Source: an uncultured delta proteobacterium (GTDB lineage Bacteria; Desulfobacterota; Desulfarculia; JACQYL01; CAWGVV01). Taken from it: 64,000 bases of DNA. The stretch's first letter is position 1. Every line of letters begins with the position of its first letter. The stretch lies in the NCBI GenBank assembly GCA_963821845.1, contig CAWGFI010000006.1, positions 316,628-380,627 on the forward strand. The letters are read 5' to 3'. The notes under the pieces are model-generated. The model was not told the origin of the DNA. It did no database searches and saw only the letters and a program-made list of their open reading frames with translations. Positions 20,498 to 32,540 of the stretch are shown in pieces. The position numbers were made by a program, and so were the translations under genes.

Positions 20498-21532
20498 ATG
20501 GTGAATCGGGAGACCAAAAAAGAGGATTCGTCGTATGTGCTGGCTGGAGACATAGGAGGAACCTCCACGCGGCTGGGTATCTTCCGGCCCGGAGAAAAAA
20601 AGCCCGAAGTGGTGGCTTCGGCCGTTTTTGAAAGCGGCAAGTCAAAACTTGAACGCATTATCGAGCAAATGCTCGATGGCCGCCCTGAAAAAATCGAGGT
20701 GGCCTGTTTCGGTATCGCCGGACCGGTAACCGACGGGGTGGTCCGGACAACCAATCTGCCGTGGGAAGTGTCCGAGGAAAACCTGCGGCGCCACTTCGGA
20801 TGGAACCACGTCCGCCTGCTCAACGACCTGCTGGTGACCGCTCTCGCCGTTCCCCTGCTTGAAAATGATGAGTTTTTCTCCTTCAACGGGCTCAAGATCA
20901 AACCGGAGCGTCCCATCGGCCTGGTGGCGCCGGGCACCGGACTGGGGCAGGCCCTGCTGGTGTACGCGGATGGCCGCCACATACCGGTCGCTTCCGAAGG
21001 GGGCCACGTGGATTTCGCCCCCGCCGACCCGGATGAATACGACCTGCGCGAATACCTGCGCGACCTGTACGGCCATGTCAGCGTGGAACGAGTCGCTTCG
21101 GGCATGGGGCTGACCGATATCTACCGGTGGCTGCTCTCGCGCGGGAAAGGCCGGGAGTCGGACGAGGTCCGTGAAGCGCTTTCCCGCAAAGACCAAGACC
21201 CCACCCCCATTATCGCGGAACACGGCATGAAAGGCGACGATCCCCTGTGCCGGGAGGCCCTGGAACGTTTTTGCCGCGTCCTGGGCTCGGTGGCGGGCAA
21301 CGTGGCGCTGACCTATATGTCCACCGGGGGATTGCTCCTGGGCGGGGGTATCCCTCCCAAGATCCTGCCGTTTTTGCGCGCGAGTCAATTCATGCGCGCT
21401 TTTACGGACAAGGGCCGTTTCGAGGAATTTCTGACCGGAATACCGGTGCTGGTTATTCTCAACGAAAAAGCCGCCCTGCTGGGCGCCGCTCACGCCGCAT
21501 GCGAATTGAGCGAGAAGGGGGCCGGGGAGTAG
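20498..21532 (+). CDS. glk: Glucokinase
   Basis: LAGDIGGT, GIAGPV, TNLPW, LLND, PGTGLG, SEGGH, GGGIPPKI. Confidence 0.95.
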   Translation: MVNRETKKEDSSYVLAGDIGGTSTRLGIFRPGEKKPEVVASAVFESGKSKLERIIEQMLDGRPEKIEVACFGIAGPVTDGVVRTTNLPWEVSEENLRRHFGWNHVRLLNDLLVTALAVPLLENDEFFSFNGLKIKPERPIGLVAPGTGLGQALLVYADGRHIPVASEGGHVDFAPADPDEYDLREYLRDLYGHVSVERVASGMGLTDIYRWLLSRGKGRESDEVREALSRKDQDPTPIIAEHGMKGDDPLCREALERFCRVLGSVAGNVALTYMSTGGLLLGGGIPPKILPFLRASQFMRAFTDKGRFEEFLTGIPVLVILNEKAALLGAAHAACELSEKGAGE

Positions 21533-21694
21533 GCGTCTTCGGCGGCGTGGTGTTTTTCGATTCTACCAAGGCAGGGGAACCGGATTCGTTTCAAATCCGG
21601 GTCAAGGCGCTCGGCGCGGGGAAACCAAAAAACCGAACTCAACAAACACGCTACTCTTTTAGCCGTCGGCTCGACAAGATAAAGGAAACCTATC

Positions 21695-23740
21695 ATGACT
21701 CGCGAGAATGATCCGATACGTTCGGCTTCCGAACTGGATGAATTGTGCATAAACACCATCCGCTTTCTGGCCGTGGACGCGGTGGAAAAGGCCAAATCCG
21801 GCCATCCGGGCATGCCCATGGGAAGCGCGGCGAAAACCTACACCCTGTGGGATCGTTTTTTGCGCTTCAATCCCCGGGACCCCCACTGGCCCAATCGCGA
21901 CCGTTACGTGCTTTCGGCCGGCCACGGCTCCATGCTGCTCTACGCCCTTCTCCACCTGACGGGCTACGACCTCTCCCTGGATGAGATCAAACGCTTCCGC
22001 CAGTGGGGCAGCATCACACCCGGCCACCCCGAACGTACCCTCACCCCCGGTGTCGAGGCCACCACCGGTCCCCTGGGACAGGGCATCAGCAACGCCGTGG
22101 GCATGGCCATAGCGGAACAGGCCCTGGCCGCCCGTTTCAACCGTCCCGGCCACACCATCGTCGATCATTACACCTACGTGGACGCCAGCGACGGCGACCT
22201 CATGGAAGGCGTGGCCTCGGAAGCGGCTTCCCTGGCCGGGCACCTCAAGCTGGGCAAGCTTATCGTGATGTACGACGATAACCACATCTCCATAGAAGGC
22301 GATACCATCATCGCCTTTACCGAAGACCGCGCCGCCCGCTTCGCCGCATATGACTGGCACGTCCAGGAAGTTGCCGACGGCAACGACGCCAAGGCGGTGG
22401 CGGCGGCCCTGGAGCAGGCGCGCAAGGAAACCCGAAGGCCTTCCTTTATCCGGGCTCGGACGCACATCGGTTTCGGGAGCCCCCACAAGCAGGACACCGG
22501 AGACGCGCACGGTTCGCCCCTGGGCGAGGAAGAGGTCAAACTGACCAAGGAAAATCTGGGATGGCCGCTGGAACCGACCTTTCTCATCCCCGACGAGGCG
22601 CTCAACCACATGCGAAAAGCCGTGGAACGGGGCAAGGCCTGGCAGGATGCGTGGGAACGCGCCTTTGACGCCTATGAAAAGGAATTTCCCGAACTGGCCG
22701 CCGAGTTCAACCGGGTTATTGAAGGACGGCTGCCCGAAGGTTGGGACGCGGATATGCCGAAATTCGCTCCCGGCGACGGCCCCATGGCCACCCGTAAGGC
22801 GTCGGGAAAGGTGATCAACGGCATCGCCCCCCGGCTTCCCGAACTGATGGGCGGTTCCGCCGACCTTTCGCCGAGCACCAACACCATCATCGCCAAGGCC
22901 GGTGATTTTGAGGCGGTCGAACGAGGCCGCAACATGCACTTCGGCGTGCGCGAACACGCCATGGGCGCTGTCCTCAACGGCATGGCCCTGCACCGGGGAC
23001 TCATACCCTACGGCGCGACCTTCCTTATTTTCAGCGACTACATGCGGCCTTCCATCCGTCTGGCCGCGCTCAGCGAACTCAGGGTCATCTACGTGTACAC
23101 CCACGACAGCATCGGCCTGGGCGAGGACGGCCCCACCCATCAGTCCGTGGAGCAGCTTTTAAGCCTGAGGGCCATACCCCACATGGTGGTCATCCGGCCC
23201 GCCGACGCCAACGAAACCGCCGCGGCCTGGCGGGTGGCCGTGCAAACCCAGGGGCGGCCGGTGGCGCTGATTCTGACTCGCCAGAAGCTGCCCGTTCTGG
23301 ACCCGAGCCGCTATACCGGCATAACCGAAGGCGTGGCCAAGGGCGGATACGTCCTGTCCGAAGCGTCCAAAGGTTCTCCCCAAATCCTGGTGACGGCCAC
23401 CGGTTCCGAAATCCATCTGGCGCTTCAGGCCCAGGAAGCCTTGGAAAAGGAGGGCGTCGCGGTTCGCGTGGTGAGTCTGCCCTGCTGGAACCTATTCAGC
23501 GAACAGCCGGAAGATTACCGCCGGTCGATCGTCCCCGAGGGGGCGCCGTTGCTGGCTCTGGAGGCGGGCGTGAGCCTGGGCTGGAAATCGTATCTTCGGC
23601 CCGATCCCCTGACCGATACCGTGAGCGTGGACCGGTTCGGCGCCTCGGCTCCCGGCGGGGAAGTGATGAAACATTTAGGATTTAACCTGGAAAACGTCTG
23701 CAATCGAGCGCGAGCGCTGCTCGAACGGATGAAAAAATAA
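21695..23740 (+). CDS. tkt: Transketolase
   Basis: [55 protein letters not shown]. Confidence 0.97.
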   Translation: MTRENDPIRSASELDELCINTIRFLAVDAVEKAKSGHPGMPMGSAAKTYTLWDRFLRFNPRDPHWPNRDRYVLSAGHGSMLLYALLHLTGYDLSLDEIKRFRQWGSITPGHPERTLTPGVEATTGPLGQGISNAVGMAIAEQALAARFNRPGHTIVDHYTYVDASDGDLMEGVASEAASLAGHLKLGKLIVMYDDNHISIEGDTIIAFTEDRAARFAAYDWHVQEVADGNDAKAVAAALEQARKETRRPSFIRARTHIGFGSPHKQDTGDAHGSPLGEEEVKLTKENLGWPLEPTFLIPDEALNHMRKAVERGKAWQDAWERAFDAYEKEFPELAAEFNRVIEGRLPEGWDADMPKFAPGDGPMATRKASGKVINGIAPRLPELMGGSADLSPSTNTIIAKAGDFEAVERGRNMHFGVREHAMGAVLNGMALHRGLIPYGATFLIFSDYMRPSIRLAALSELRVIYVYTHDSIGLGEDGPTHQSVEQLLSLRAIPHMVVIRPADANETAAAWRVAVQTQGRPVALILTRQKLPVLDPSRYTGITEGVAKGGYVLSEASKGSPQILVTATGSEIHLALQAQEALEKEGVAVRVVSLPCWNLFSEQPEDYRRSIVPEGAPLLALEAGVSLGWKSYLRPDPLTDTVSVDRFGASAPGGEVMKHLGFNLENVCNRARALLERMKK

Positions 23741-23771
23741 GGATATCGCGCCGCGAAAGGAGAAAAACGGC

Positions 23772-24899
23772 ATGGGTGAGAACGCTCTGAAAAAATTGAA
23801 TACGTTCGGCCAGAGTCCCTGGCAGGATTATATCCGGCGGAAGATGATTCAGACGGGTGAACTGAAACAACTGATGGATGATGATGGGATCAGGGGCGTC
23901 ACCTCCAACCCCGCCATCTTTCAAAAGGTGATCACCGACAGCGGTGACTATGATTCCGCTATCGAATCCATGGTTTCCAAAGGCCTTGACGCCAAGGAGA
24001 TCTACACCAGGATCACCGTGGAAGACGTCCGGTCGGCCACCGATGTGTTCAGGTCGGAGTACGACCGGCTGGACGGCAAGGACGGCTTTGTCAGCCTGGA
24101 AGTCAATCCCCATCTGGCTCACGAAACCCGGACCACCATCGAGGAAGCGCGCGAGCTCTGGAAATTGGTGGACCGGCCCAACGTGATGATCAAGGTGCCG
24201 GCGACCCTGGAAGGACTGCCCGCCATTCGCACGCTCATCGGCGAAGGGATCAACGTCAACGTCACCCTGCTGTTCGGTCTGCCGCGCTACCGCACGGTGG
24301 CGGAAGCCTATATAGCCGGCCTGGAAGACCGCGCCGCCCAAGGCAAGCCCATCGACCGCATCGCCTCGGTGGCCAGCTTCTTTTTAAGCCGCATCGACGT
24401 GCTGGTGGACCCCATGCTGAAAAAAATCGTGGAGTCCGGCGGAGCCAACGCCCAGACGGCCAACCAAATGATCGGTGAAGTGGCCATCGCCAGCGCCAAA
24501 AAGGCCTATGTCATCTATGAAGAAATCTTCGAGGGGCCGCGCTTCAAGGAACTCCTGAAAAAAGGCGCGCGTCCGCAGCGGCTGCTCTGGGCCAGCACCA
24601 GCACCAAAAATCCCGACTACCCGGATGTCAAATACGTGGAACCGCTCATAGCGTCCGAAACCGTCAACACCATGCCGCAGGAAACCCTGGACGCCTATCG
24701 CGACCATGGCAACCCCAAGGAACGCATTCACGAAGGGCTCGAAAAGGCCGATCAAGTCTTCGCCGACCTGAAAAAACTGGATCTGGACATCGACGACCTC
24801 ACCCAACAGCTCGAAGACGAAGGCGTGGACAAGTTCAACAAGCCCTTTGACAAGCTCATGAACACGCTGGAAGAGAAGATTCGCGATATCAAAAAATAA
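23772..24899 (+). CDS. tal: Transaldolase (long ~375-aa type)
   Basis: GVTSNPAIF, VSLEV, MIKVPAT, NVTLLF, SVASFFLSRID, RLLWASTSTKNP. Confidence 0.95.
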   Translation: MGENALKKLNTFGQSPWQDYIRRKMIQTGELKQLMDDDGIRGVTSNPAIFQKVITDSGDYDSAIESMVSKGLDAKEIYTRITVEDVRSATDVFRSEYDRLDGKDGFVSLEVNPHLAHETRTTIEEARELWKLVDRPNVMIKVPATLEGLPAIRTLIGEGINVNVTLLFGLPRYRTVAEAYIAGLEDRAAQGKPIDRIASVASFFLSRIDVLVDPMLKKIVESGGANAQTANQMIGEVAIASAKKAYVIYEEIFEGPRFKELLKKGARPQRLLWASTSTKNPDYPDVKYVEPLIASETVNTMPQETLDAYRDHGNPKERIHEGLEKADQVFADLKKLDLDIDDLTQQLEDEGVDKFNKPFDKLMNTLEEKIRDIKK

Positions 24900-24909
24900 T
24901 TGAATTTCC

Positions 24910-25010
24910 TGGATTCCGCGATCAAGTCGCGGAATGACGAAGACGGTTTTTCATTTCGAGCGCAGCGAGAAATCTCACGCAGGGGGCGTGGGGGAAGAGA
25001 TTCCCCCACA
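24910..25010. repeat. Mosaic intergenic repeat: reverse CGTC-type REP plus a ~60-bp element also found at 53272-53330 and partly at 28060-28119
   Basis: CTGGATTCCGCGATCAAGTCGCGGAATGACG, then TCATTTCGAGCGCAGCGAGAAATCT, then AGGGGGCGTGGGGGAAGAGATTCCCCCACA. Confidence 0.7.
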
Positions 25011-25036
25011 AGGCTTCTAAAAAGGAACGGACTGAA

Positions 25037-26443
25037 ATGGGCGACGGAACATGTGAAATAGGCTTGATCGGTTTGGGAACCATGGGGGCCAATTTCGCGC
25101 TGAACATGGCCGACCATGGATTCAAGGTGGGAGTGTACAATCGCACAGCCGAAAAGACCAAGGAGTTCATGGACCGGCGCGTGGAGGGTCGCTCCGTGGA
25201 GGCGGGCTACTCCCTGGAGGAGTTTCTGGCCTCCCTCCGGCGGCCTCGGGCCATGCTGCTGGTCATCAAGGCGGGCCAGCCGGTGGACGCCGTGCTGGAT
25301 GAACTCTCGCCGCTGCTGGAAAAAGGCGACATCGTCATCGACGGCGGAAATTCGCACTTCACGGACACCGACCGGCGCGCGGCGCAGATGGCGGAAAAGG
25401 GGCTGCATTTCATGGGCATGGGCATTTCGGGCGGCGAAGAAGGGGCGCGTCGCGGCCCCAGCATCATGCCCGGAGGCCCGCGCGAAGCGTATGAACGGGT
25501 GGAACAGATTCTCCGCAAAGCCTCGGCTCACGTAAACGGCGACCCTTGCGTGGCCTATCTGGGCAAGGGATCGTCCGGCCACTACGTGAAGATGGCGCAC
25601 AACGGGATCGAGTACGCCTACATGGAACTCATCGCCGAAACCTATGACATCATGCGCCGGGGCCTGGGGCTGGGAACGGAACGGCTGGCGGAAATTTATC
25701 AAGAATGGAACCGGGGAGAGCTGGAATCGTTCCTGCTGGAAATAACCGGTACGATTTTCAAAAAACAAGACCCGGAAACCGGAAAGCCGCTGGTGGACAT
25801 GGTGCTGGACCGGGCGCGCCAGAAGGGCACCGGCAAATGGACCACGGACAGCGCCCTGGACCTGCAAACGCCGACTCCCAATATCGATCAGGCGGTGATG
25901 ATGCGCAATCTCTCCACTCACGGAGGTCTGCGGGAGAAACTGGAAGCTTCGCTCGGCGGCGCCGACAAACTCTGCCTCGCCGAAAAGGAAACGTTGACGC
26001 TTCTAAAGGAGGCCCTGTATGGCGGGCTGATCGTCGCCTTCAGCCAGGGCATGTCGCTTTTGACCAAGGCGTCCAAGGAATACGGCTATGGTCTCAACCT
26101 GGAAGACGTGGCCCGTATCTGGCGGGGAGGGTGTATCATCCGCACCGCGCTTCTGGAACAGATCCGCAAGGCCTACCGCGACAACCCCGACCTGGAGAAC
26201 CCGCTGTTGGACCCGGGAATAAGCGGCGAGGTCGGCCGGTGTTTGCCCAGTATGCGCGCGGTGGTGGTCGAAACGGTGGGGGCGGGGCTGCCCGCGCCCG
26301 GCTTCATGGCGGCCCTGGCCTATGTGGACGCCATGCGGAGCAAGCGGTTGCCCACCAACCTGATCCAGGCGCAGCGTGATTTCTTCGGGGCGCACACCTA
26401 CGAACGAATCGACCGCGAAGGTATTTTTCATACCGAGTGGTAA
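25037..26443 (+). CDS. gnd: 6-phosphogluconate dehydrogenase, decarboxylating
   Basis: GLIGLGTMG, IDGGNS, SGGEEGA, KMAHNGIEY, QKGTGKW, QAQRDFFGAHTY. Confidence 0.97.
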   Translation: MGDGTCEIGLIGLGTMGANFALNMADHGFKVGVYNRTAEKTKEFMDRRVEGRSVEAGYSLEEFLASLRRPRAMLLVIKAGQPVDAVLDELSPLLEKGDIVIDGGNSHFTDTDRRAAQMAEKGLHFMGMGISGGEEGARRGPSIMPGGPREAYERVEQILRKASAHVNGDPCVAYLGKGSSGHYVKMAHNGIEYAYMELIAETYDIMRRGLGLGTERLAEIYQEWNRGELESFLLEITGTIFKKQDPETGKPLVDMVLDRARQKGTGKWTTDSALDLQTPTPNIDQAVMMRNLSTHGGLREKLEASLGGADKLCLAEKETLTLLKEALYGGLIVAFSQGMSLLTKASKEYGYGLNLEDVARIWRGGCIIRTALLEQIRKAYRDNPDLENPLLDPGISGEVGRCLPSMRAVVVETVGAGLPAPGFMAALAYVDAMRSKRLPTNLIQAQRDFFGAHTYERIDREGIFHTEW

Positions 26444-26462
26444 AACCGAGACGAGGCGTCAC

Positions 26463-28029
26463 ATGACCGACATCAATCATCCGGGACCCACCATATTTGC
26501 GATTTTCGGCGGCGCGGGCGATCTGGCCTGGCGCAAATTGATTCCGGCGCTTTACGACCTGTTCCTCGACGGCTGGATGCCCGAACCATTACGCGATTCT
26601 CGGCCTGGGACATCTCCATTCCGCCAAGGCCAAGTACGGCGACCATGTCCGCGTCGGCATCGACCAGTTTTCCCGCACCGGAAAAACCAAGGACGAGGAC
26701 TGGAAACAGTTCGAAACGAACGTGGAATTCATCGAGATGGAACTGGATAAGGACCAGTCCTACAAGGAACTCGGCGACCGCATGGCCGGGCTGGAAAAGG
26801 AATGGTCCGCCAAGGCCAACCGCATTTTTTATCTGGCCACGCCGCCTTCCATGATCGAACCCATTACCAGGGGCCTGACCAGAGCCAAGCTGAACCGGGA
26901 CCGCGAACGAGCCCGTATCGTGGTGGAAAAGCCGTTCGGAATCGATCTTGATTCCGCGCGGGAGCTGAACCGGCTTCTGACCCAGGTGTTCGACGAGAAA
27001 CAGATATTCCGCATCGATCATTTTCTGGGCAAGGAAACCGTGCAGAACATCCTGGCTTTTCGCCTGGCCAACGTCCTGTTCGAACCGGTGTGGAACCGCC
27101 ATTACATCGACCACGTGCAGATTAACGTGTCCGAACGGATCGGCGTCGAACACCGGGGAAATTATTACGAAAAGTCGGGCGCGCTACGCGACATGATCCA
27201 GAATCACCTCATGCAGATTCTCTGCATGGTGGCTATGGAAGCGCCCATCTCCATGGACGACAACGAGGTGCGCAACAAAAAGGTGGACGTTCTGCACGCC
27301 ATCCGGCGCATCCCCTATGATCAGGTGAGCAACTTCGCGGTGCGGGGCCAGTACGGCAGCGGCTGGCTGGAAGGCGAGCACGTCCAGGGCTACCGCCGGG
27401 AAGAGAACGTCGACGAGGATTCCCATACCGAAACCTTCGCCGCCGTCAAATTTTTCGTGGATAACTGGCGATGGCAGGGGGTGCCTTTTTACCTGCGCAC
27501 CGGCAAGAGACTGCCCAGCCGGGTAACCGAAGTGTCCATCCAGTTCAATCCGGTGCCTCACCAGACGTTCCCGTCGCAAGCGCTGATGGACCAGCGCCCC
27601 AACCGGCTGATCATTTCGATCCAGCCCGAAGAGGGCATCCTGCTGCGTTTCGAATCCAAACATCCCGGTCCTACCCTGAACCTGACGCCGGTGATGATGC
27701 AGTTCTTCTATCGGGAAGCGTTCAACAAAACCCCTCCCGACGCCTATGAAACCCTGCTGCTGGATGTCATGCGGGGAGACGCCACCCTGTTCATGCGCGC
27801 GGATCAGGCCGAAGCCGCCTGGGAAGTGATCATGCCCATCCTCGATGTGTGGAGCGAACAAAAACCCACCGATTTTCCCAATTATCAGGCCGGCTCCTGG
27901 GGCCCCGAACAGGCGGAAACGCTCATCGCCCGTGACGGCCGCAGTTGGGTAACGCCCACCTACCTCCAGTGCCGGGAAGACATCGCCATGTGCCGCGTGC
28001 AATCCCTGCCTTCGGACGGCGAGAGCTGA
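26463..28029 (+). CDS. zwf: Glucose-6-phosphate 1-dehydrogenase, one +1 frameshift at ~26586 (probable sequencing error)
   Basis: IFGGAGDLAWRKLIPALY in one frame; EKPFG, RIDHFLGKE, RWQGVPFYLRTGK in the next; removing one C joins them. Confidence 0.93.
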
Positions 28030-28059
28030 TTACGCCGGGGAGTGGAAAGAAAAAAACTT

Positions 28060-28189
28060 TGCGGGGGGAATTTCTTCCCCCGCGCTCCCTAGGGCTCTTT
28101 CTCGCGCAGCGAGAAATCTTCTACTGAACCGATTATGCCTTTGGTTTCAATTTTGGGCGTGATTGTAGGGGCGAAAAATTTTTCGCTCC
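28060..28189. repeat. Mosaic intergenic repeat between convergent zwf and M42 genes
   Basis: Reverse copy of the G-rich hairpin element (28060-28090), GCGCAGCGAGAAATCT (28104-28119), GTAGGGGCGAAAAATTTTTCGCTCC (28165-28189). Confidence 0.65.
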
Positions 28190-28200
28190 AGGTTTTCTCC

Positions 28201-29270
28201 TTACCCCTGCGCCTCGCGTAGCGCGACGATCTCTCTCGCCCGTTTCACGAACGCGGTGGACAGACTCAGGGCGCTCTCGTAATCTTCCATCCGGAAGAGC
28301 GAGATAGGGGAATGGATGTACCGGCAGGGAACGGACAGCACTGCGGTCAGCACGCCTTCACGGGACAGGTGGATGGCCCCGGCGTCGGTGCCGCCGAAAA
28401 TAGGCGTTTTGTATTGGTAGGCGATCTTTTCCTGTTCGGCCAGTTGCACGATGTACTGGATGAGGTATCGCGGCACGATGATGCGTTTGTCGGCAACAGT
28501 TATGGCCGCGCCTTTTCCCATCCGCGTGGGCTGTTTGCGATCCGGGAGCCCTGGCGTGTCGCCGACCGTGGCTTCCAGTACCAGCGCCGCATCCGGGTGG
28601 ATCGCATAGGCGGCCGTAGTCGCCCCGCGCATGCCCACTTCCTCGGCCGAGGAAAAAACCGCGGCCAGGGTGAAATCGGGACGATCGTGGGAAAACATCT
28701 CCAGCAGTTCGATGATAATGGCGCAGCCCAAGCGGTCGTCAAGCGCCTTGGCCATGATGGCGCCGCCGCCCAGTTCGGTGAACGGCGCATAGAGCGTTCC
28801 GGGCGATCCCACGCCGACATTCAGTTCCCGAGCCTTTTCGGCGTCGGACGCCCCCACGTCGATAAACAGATCTTCCGGGGATATGGGCTTTTTCTGGTCT
28901 TCGGGAGACTGAACGTGGGGCGGCGCCATGCCGATCGCGCCCATGACCGTATCCCCGGCGGCCGTTTGTATGACCACGGCGTGAGCGGGCAGGACGCGCG
29001 GGTCCCAGCCTCCCAGGGGGAAAACCGCAGCAGGCCTTCGGGTTCCACGTGGCTCACCAAAAAGCCGATCTCGTCCATGTGCGCTTCGATCATGAACGTG
29101 AGATCGGCGCCGGGATTGATGACGGCCGTGAGATTTCCCAGCGCGTCCGTCCTGATTTCATCAACGAGCGGGCTGACCTTGTCTCTGATTATCTCCCGGA
29201 CAAATTCTTCATACCCGGAGACACCGATTACGCCGCACAAATCCCGGATCAGCCTGATTCGATCCATCAA
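28201..29270 (-). CDS. M42-family (TET/FrvX-like) aminopeptidase, one frameshift in the G run at ~29016-29020
   Basis: GVSGYE, DALGN, AHMDEIG, KALDDRLG, EEVGMRGA, GGTDAG, RYIHSP; one added base restores PLGGWDPRVL. Confidence 0.9.
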
Positions 29271-29287
29271 TCGTATTCCTTTTAGCC

Positions 29288-29755
29288 TTAGATCAGCTCT
29301 TTCATGATAAGAAACAGGTCCTGCGGATACAGGACGCCGACCGGACGATGGCCTTCCACCACCGGCATGACCCGCACGCTGTCATTCAGCAATTTCTTCA
29401 TGGCGTCTATGAGCCTATCACCGGGGGCCGCGGGCAGGGTTTCCTTTTTCATGATCTCCGACACTTTTTTCGCGGCGTCCATGCGGCAACGGTCGGAAAA
29501 GATGCTCAGGATGCTCGGGCTTTCACCCTCTCCGCACGAGGCGTCGAACAATCCCCGCAGGTGGCTCAGAATATCCTTGATGGTGATGATTCCCTGGTAG
29601 TGGTTGTTGGAATCCACGACCACCAATCCCTGAATATATTTATTCTCTTTGACTTTTTCGGTAAGAAGCTCCGCCGCTTCCCGCAGGGTGGCGTCGGCGT
29701 TTACGGTCGGAAACTCGGCTTCCATAACTTCCCACACGTGTTTTTGCAAAGGCAC
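29288..29755 (-). CDS. CBS-pair domain protein
   Basis: Two CBS repeats (LVVVD...GIITIKDI; MPVVE...GVL). Confidence 0.85.
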   Translation of the reverse strand: MPLQKHVWEVMEAEFPTVNADATLREAAELLTEKVKENKYIQGLVVVDSNNHYQGIITIKDILSHLRGLFDASCGEGESPSILSIFSDRCRMDAAKKVSEIMKKETLPAAPGDRLIDAMKKLLNDSVRVMPVVEGHRPVGVLYPQDLFLIMKELI

Positions 29756-29790
29756 TGTTTTCCCTCCTCGATTTTAGATGGTCCGCTCGA

Positions 29791-32356
29791 TTAAGATCCC
29801 CAGATTACCAGCCCCAACGAATACCGATTTCCCATCAAGGTATGAAATGGCATGATGCGCACCGTCACGCCCAGGTTGCCCGTCTCCCGGTTTTCCAGGG
29901 AGGCCTGGTAGATGTGGCAACCCGACCCGGCGTCAAGTTCCACGTGTTCCATGACCAGGGTCTCCCGTTCCGTGAATTCGCCCACGGAATCGAGCAGACC
30001 GTAGTAGAGTTCCACCGTCACGTCTTCGGGCGCCAGCTCTCCCAGCCTCACGCGCGCGGTCAGTTCGATGGGCTGACCGGCCACCAGGGTCCGGGAGGTG
30101 TCCGTCCGAATGTCCTCCACCTTGATATCGTTCCAGCCTACCTGTATTTTGCGCCGCCACGCCGCCAGTTCCTTGGCTCCGGCGAACGTATCCTGAGACA
30201 ACCCGGTGAAGTGCTCGTGGCACGGCTGATAGCAGGTCCGCACGTATTCTTCGACCATGCGGTTGGAATTGTACACCGGGCAGATGGAAAGCATGGACGC
30301 CTTGACCTTGGCGACCCACCTGCGGGGGATGCCGTCTTCACCGCGGTCGTAGAACAACGGCGCGACTTCCTTCTCCAGCAGGTCGTAGATGGCCCTGCTT
30401 TCCACGTCGTCCTGATAGTTGGGGTCGTCATATTCCTCGCCCGACCCGATGGCCCATCCGTTTTCCGGCGTGTACCCCTCATCCCACCAGCCGTCCAGAA
30501 CGGAAAGGTTCAGCCCTCCGTTGGCCGACGCCTTCATACCGCTGGTGCCGCACGCTTCCAAGGGCCTTTTGGGGTTGTTCAGCCACACGTCGGCGCCCTG
30601 CACCAGGGCCTGGGAGACGTTGTAGTCGTAGTCTTCGATAAAAACTATCTTGTTGTAGAAAGCGTCGCTTTTAGCGGTCTGAACGATTTCCTTGATAAAA
30701 GCCTTGCCTTCCTGATCCTGCGGATGCGCCTTTCCCGCGAAGATGAACTGAACCGGTCTTTGCGGGTTGTTCACGATCTTGGCCAGCCGCGGTTTATCGC
30801 GGAAAAGCAGGACGGCTCGTTTGTAGGTGGCGAACCGGCGCGAAAACACGATGGTGAGATGTTCCGGGTTGAGCGCTTCGCTGGCTTCCGCGACCTCGGC
30901 GCGGGACGCTCCCCTTCGTTCCACCTGTTGGCGGCGCCGTATGCGGGCGAACGCGACCATCCGCTCCCGGAGGCGCTCCCGGGAACGCCAAAGCTCGGAA
31001 TCGGGTATCCGGCTTACGTTGTCCCAGATTTTGGAACGGTCCGGATCTTCAATCCAGCGCGGGCCCAGGTAACGGTCATACAGCCCGGCGATTTCGTCGG
31101 ATATCCAGGAAGGGATGTGAATGCCGTTGGTGACCGCTGAAATAGGTACGTCCTCCAGTGGGAAATTGTGCCATACCGATTGCCACATGCTGCGGGAGAC
31201 CTTTGAATGGAGCTTGCTGACCGCGTTGCTGTAGGATGAGAGGCGAAGCGCCAGAACGGTCATGCAGAACTGTTCGCCTTCATCGCGAGGGTTCATTCTA
31301 CCCATGCCCAGCAGAACCTTGGCGTTGATCCCCAGTTTGGGCGCGTAATCGGAAAAATAGGCCATCATGAGGTCGTTGTCGAAATAGTCATTGCCCGCGG
31401 GCACCGGCGTGTGCGTGGTAAAAACGCTGCTGGCGATGGTGAACTCCCGCGCCTCATCGAAGGACAGTCCTTTTTCTTCCTTCAATTGGCGTATGCGTTC
31501 TAGGGTGACAAAGGCGCAGTGGCCTTCGTTCATATGAAACACCGTGGGCTCGATGTTCAGCGCCTTGAGCGCCCTCACGCCGCCCACGCCCAGAAGAATT
31601 TCCTGGCGTACCCGCATTTCGCGGTTGCCGCCGTACAGCCGGGCCGTGGTTTCCCTGAATTCGGGCGGGTTATCCTCGATGTTGGTATCCAGCAGGTACA
31701 GATTGAGCCGTCCCACCACCACCTGCCAGATCTGGGCTTTTACCTCCACCCCCTTGAATTCCACGGTGATAGTCAAGGGAGCGCCGGAACTCGTCATGCA
31801 TCAGCTTGAGCGGAAGCAGATTGAAATCGGAGCGCGGATAGTACTCCTGCTGCCAACCTTCCACATTCAGATACTGATGGAAATATCCTTCCTGATAGAG
31901 CAGGCCCACGCCCACCAGGGGCAGGTTCAGGTCGCTCGCGGATTTCAGATGGTCTCCGGCGAGAATGCCCAGACCGCCGGAATAAATGGGCAGACATTCG
32001 CTGAGCCCGAATTCCATGGAAAAGTAGGCGACGTTGAATTTTTCCGGCTCCACCCTGCATTCCAGGATCTCGCACCGGGTCGCGGCCAGATACTCATCGA
32101 GCAGATCGGTGACCCGGTCCATGCGGGCGAGGAAACTGTCGTCATTGGCCGCGTCCAGCAAGGTCTTTTGATCGATCTTATGCAGCACGTACACCGGATT
32201 GTGCTTGCTCTCCTCCCACAGCTCCCGATCCAGCCACATGAACAGCTTGGCGATTTCGGGATTCCAGACAAACCACAGGTTATAGGCAAGACGTTCCAGA
32301 GGCTTCAGCCGCTCCGGCACATCGGGATAAACTCTAAATTCCAAAACTGGCTTCAT
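29791..32356 (-). CDS. glgP: Alpha-glucan (glycogen) phosphorylase, one frameshift at ~31788 (probable sequencing error)
   Basis: AYFSMEFGL, YSGGLGILAGDHLKSASDL, HMNEGH, TTHTPVPAG, RRFATYKR, EACGTSGMKA, LDGWW. Confidence 0.95.
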
Positions 32357-32540
32357 AGCTCGTGTTCCTAAAAAAATGTGTGTATGCTCGAATTACCGCG
32401 TGATTGCGCGGCCGGATAGACAAGGATACTGCCGTTTACTATATATTTGAGATGGAGAATACACAAGAATTTTGTTAGCTTGCGGTTTTTAAGGCTTTTA
32501 TTTACCATTTTTTTCCTCCTTGGCTGAAAGGACAGGGTTC

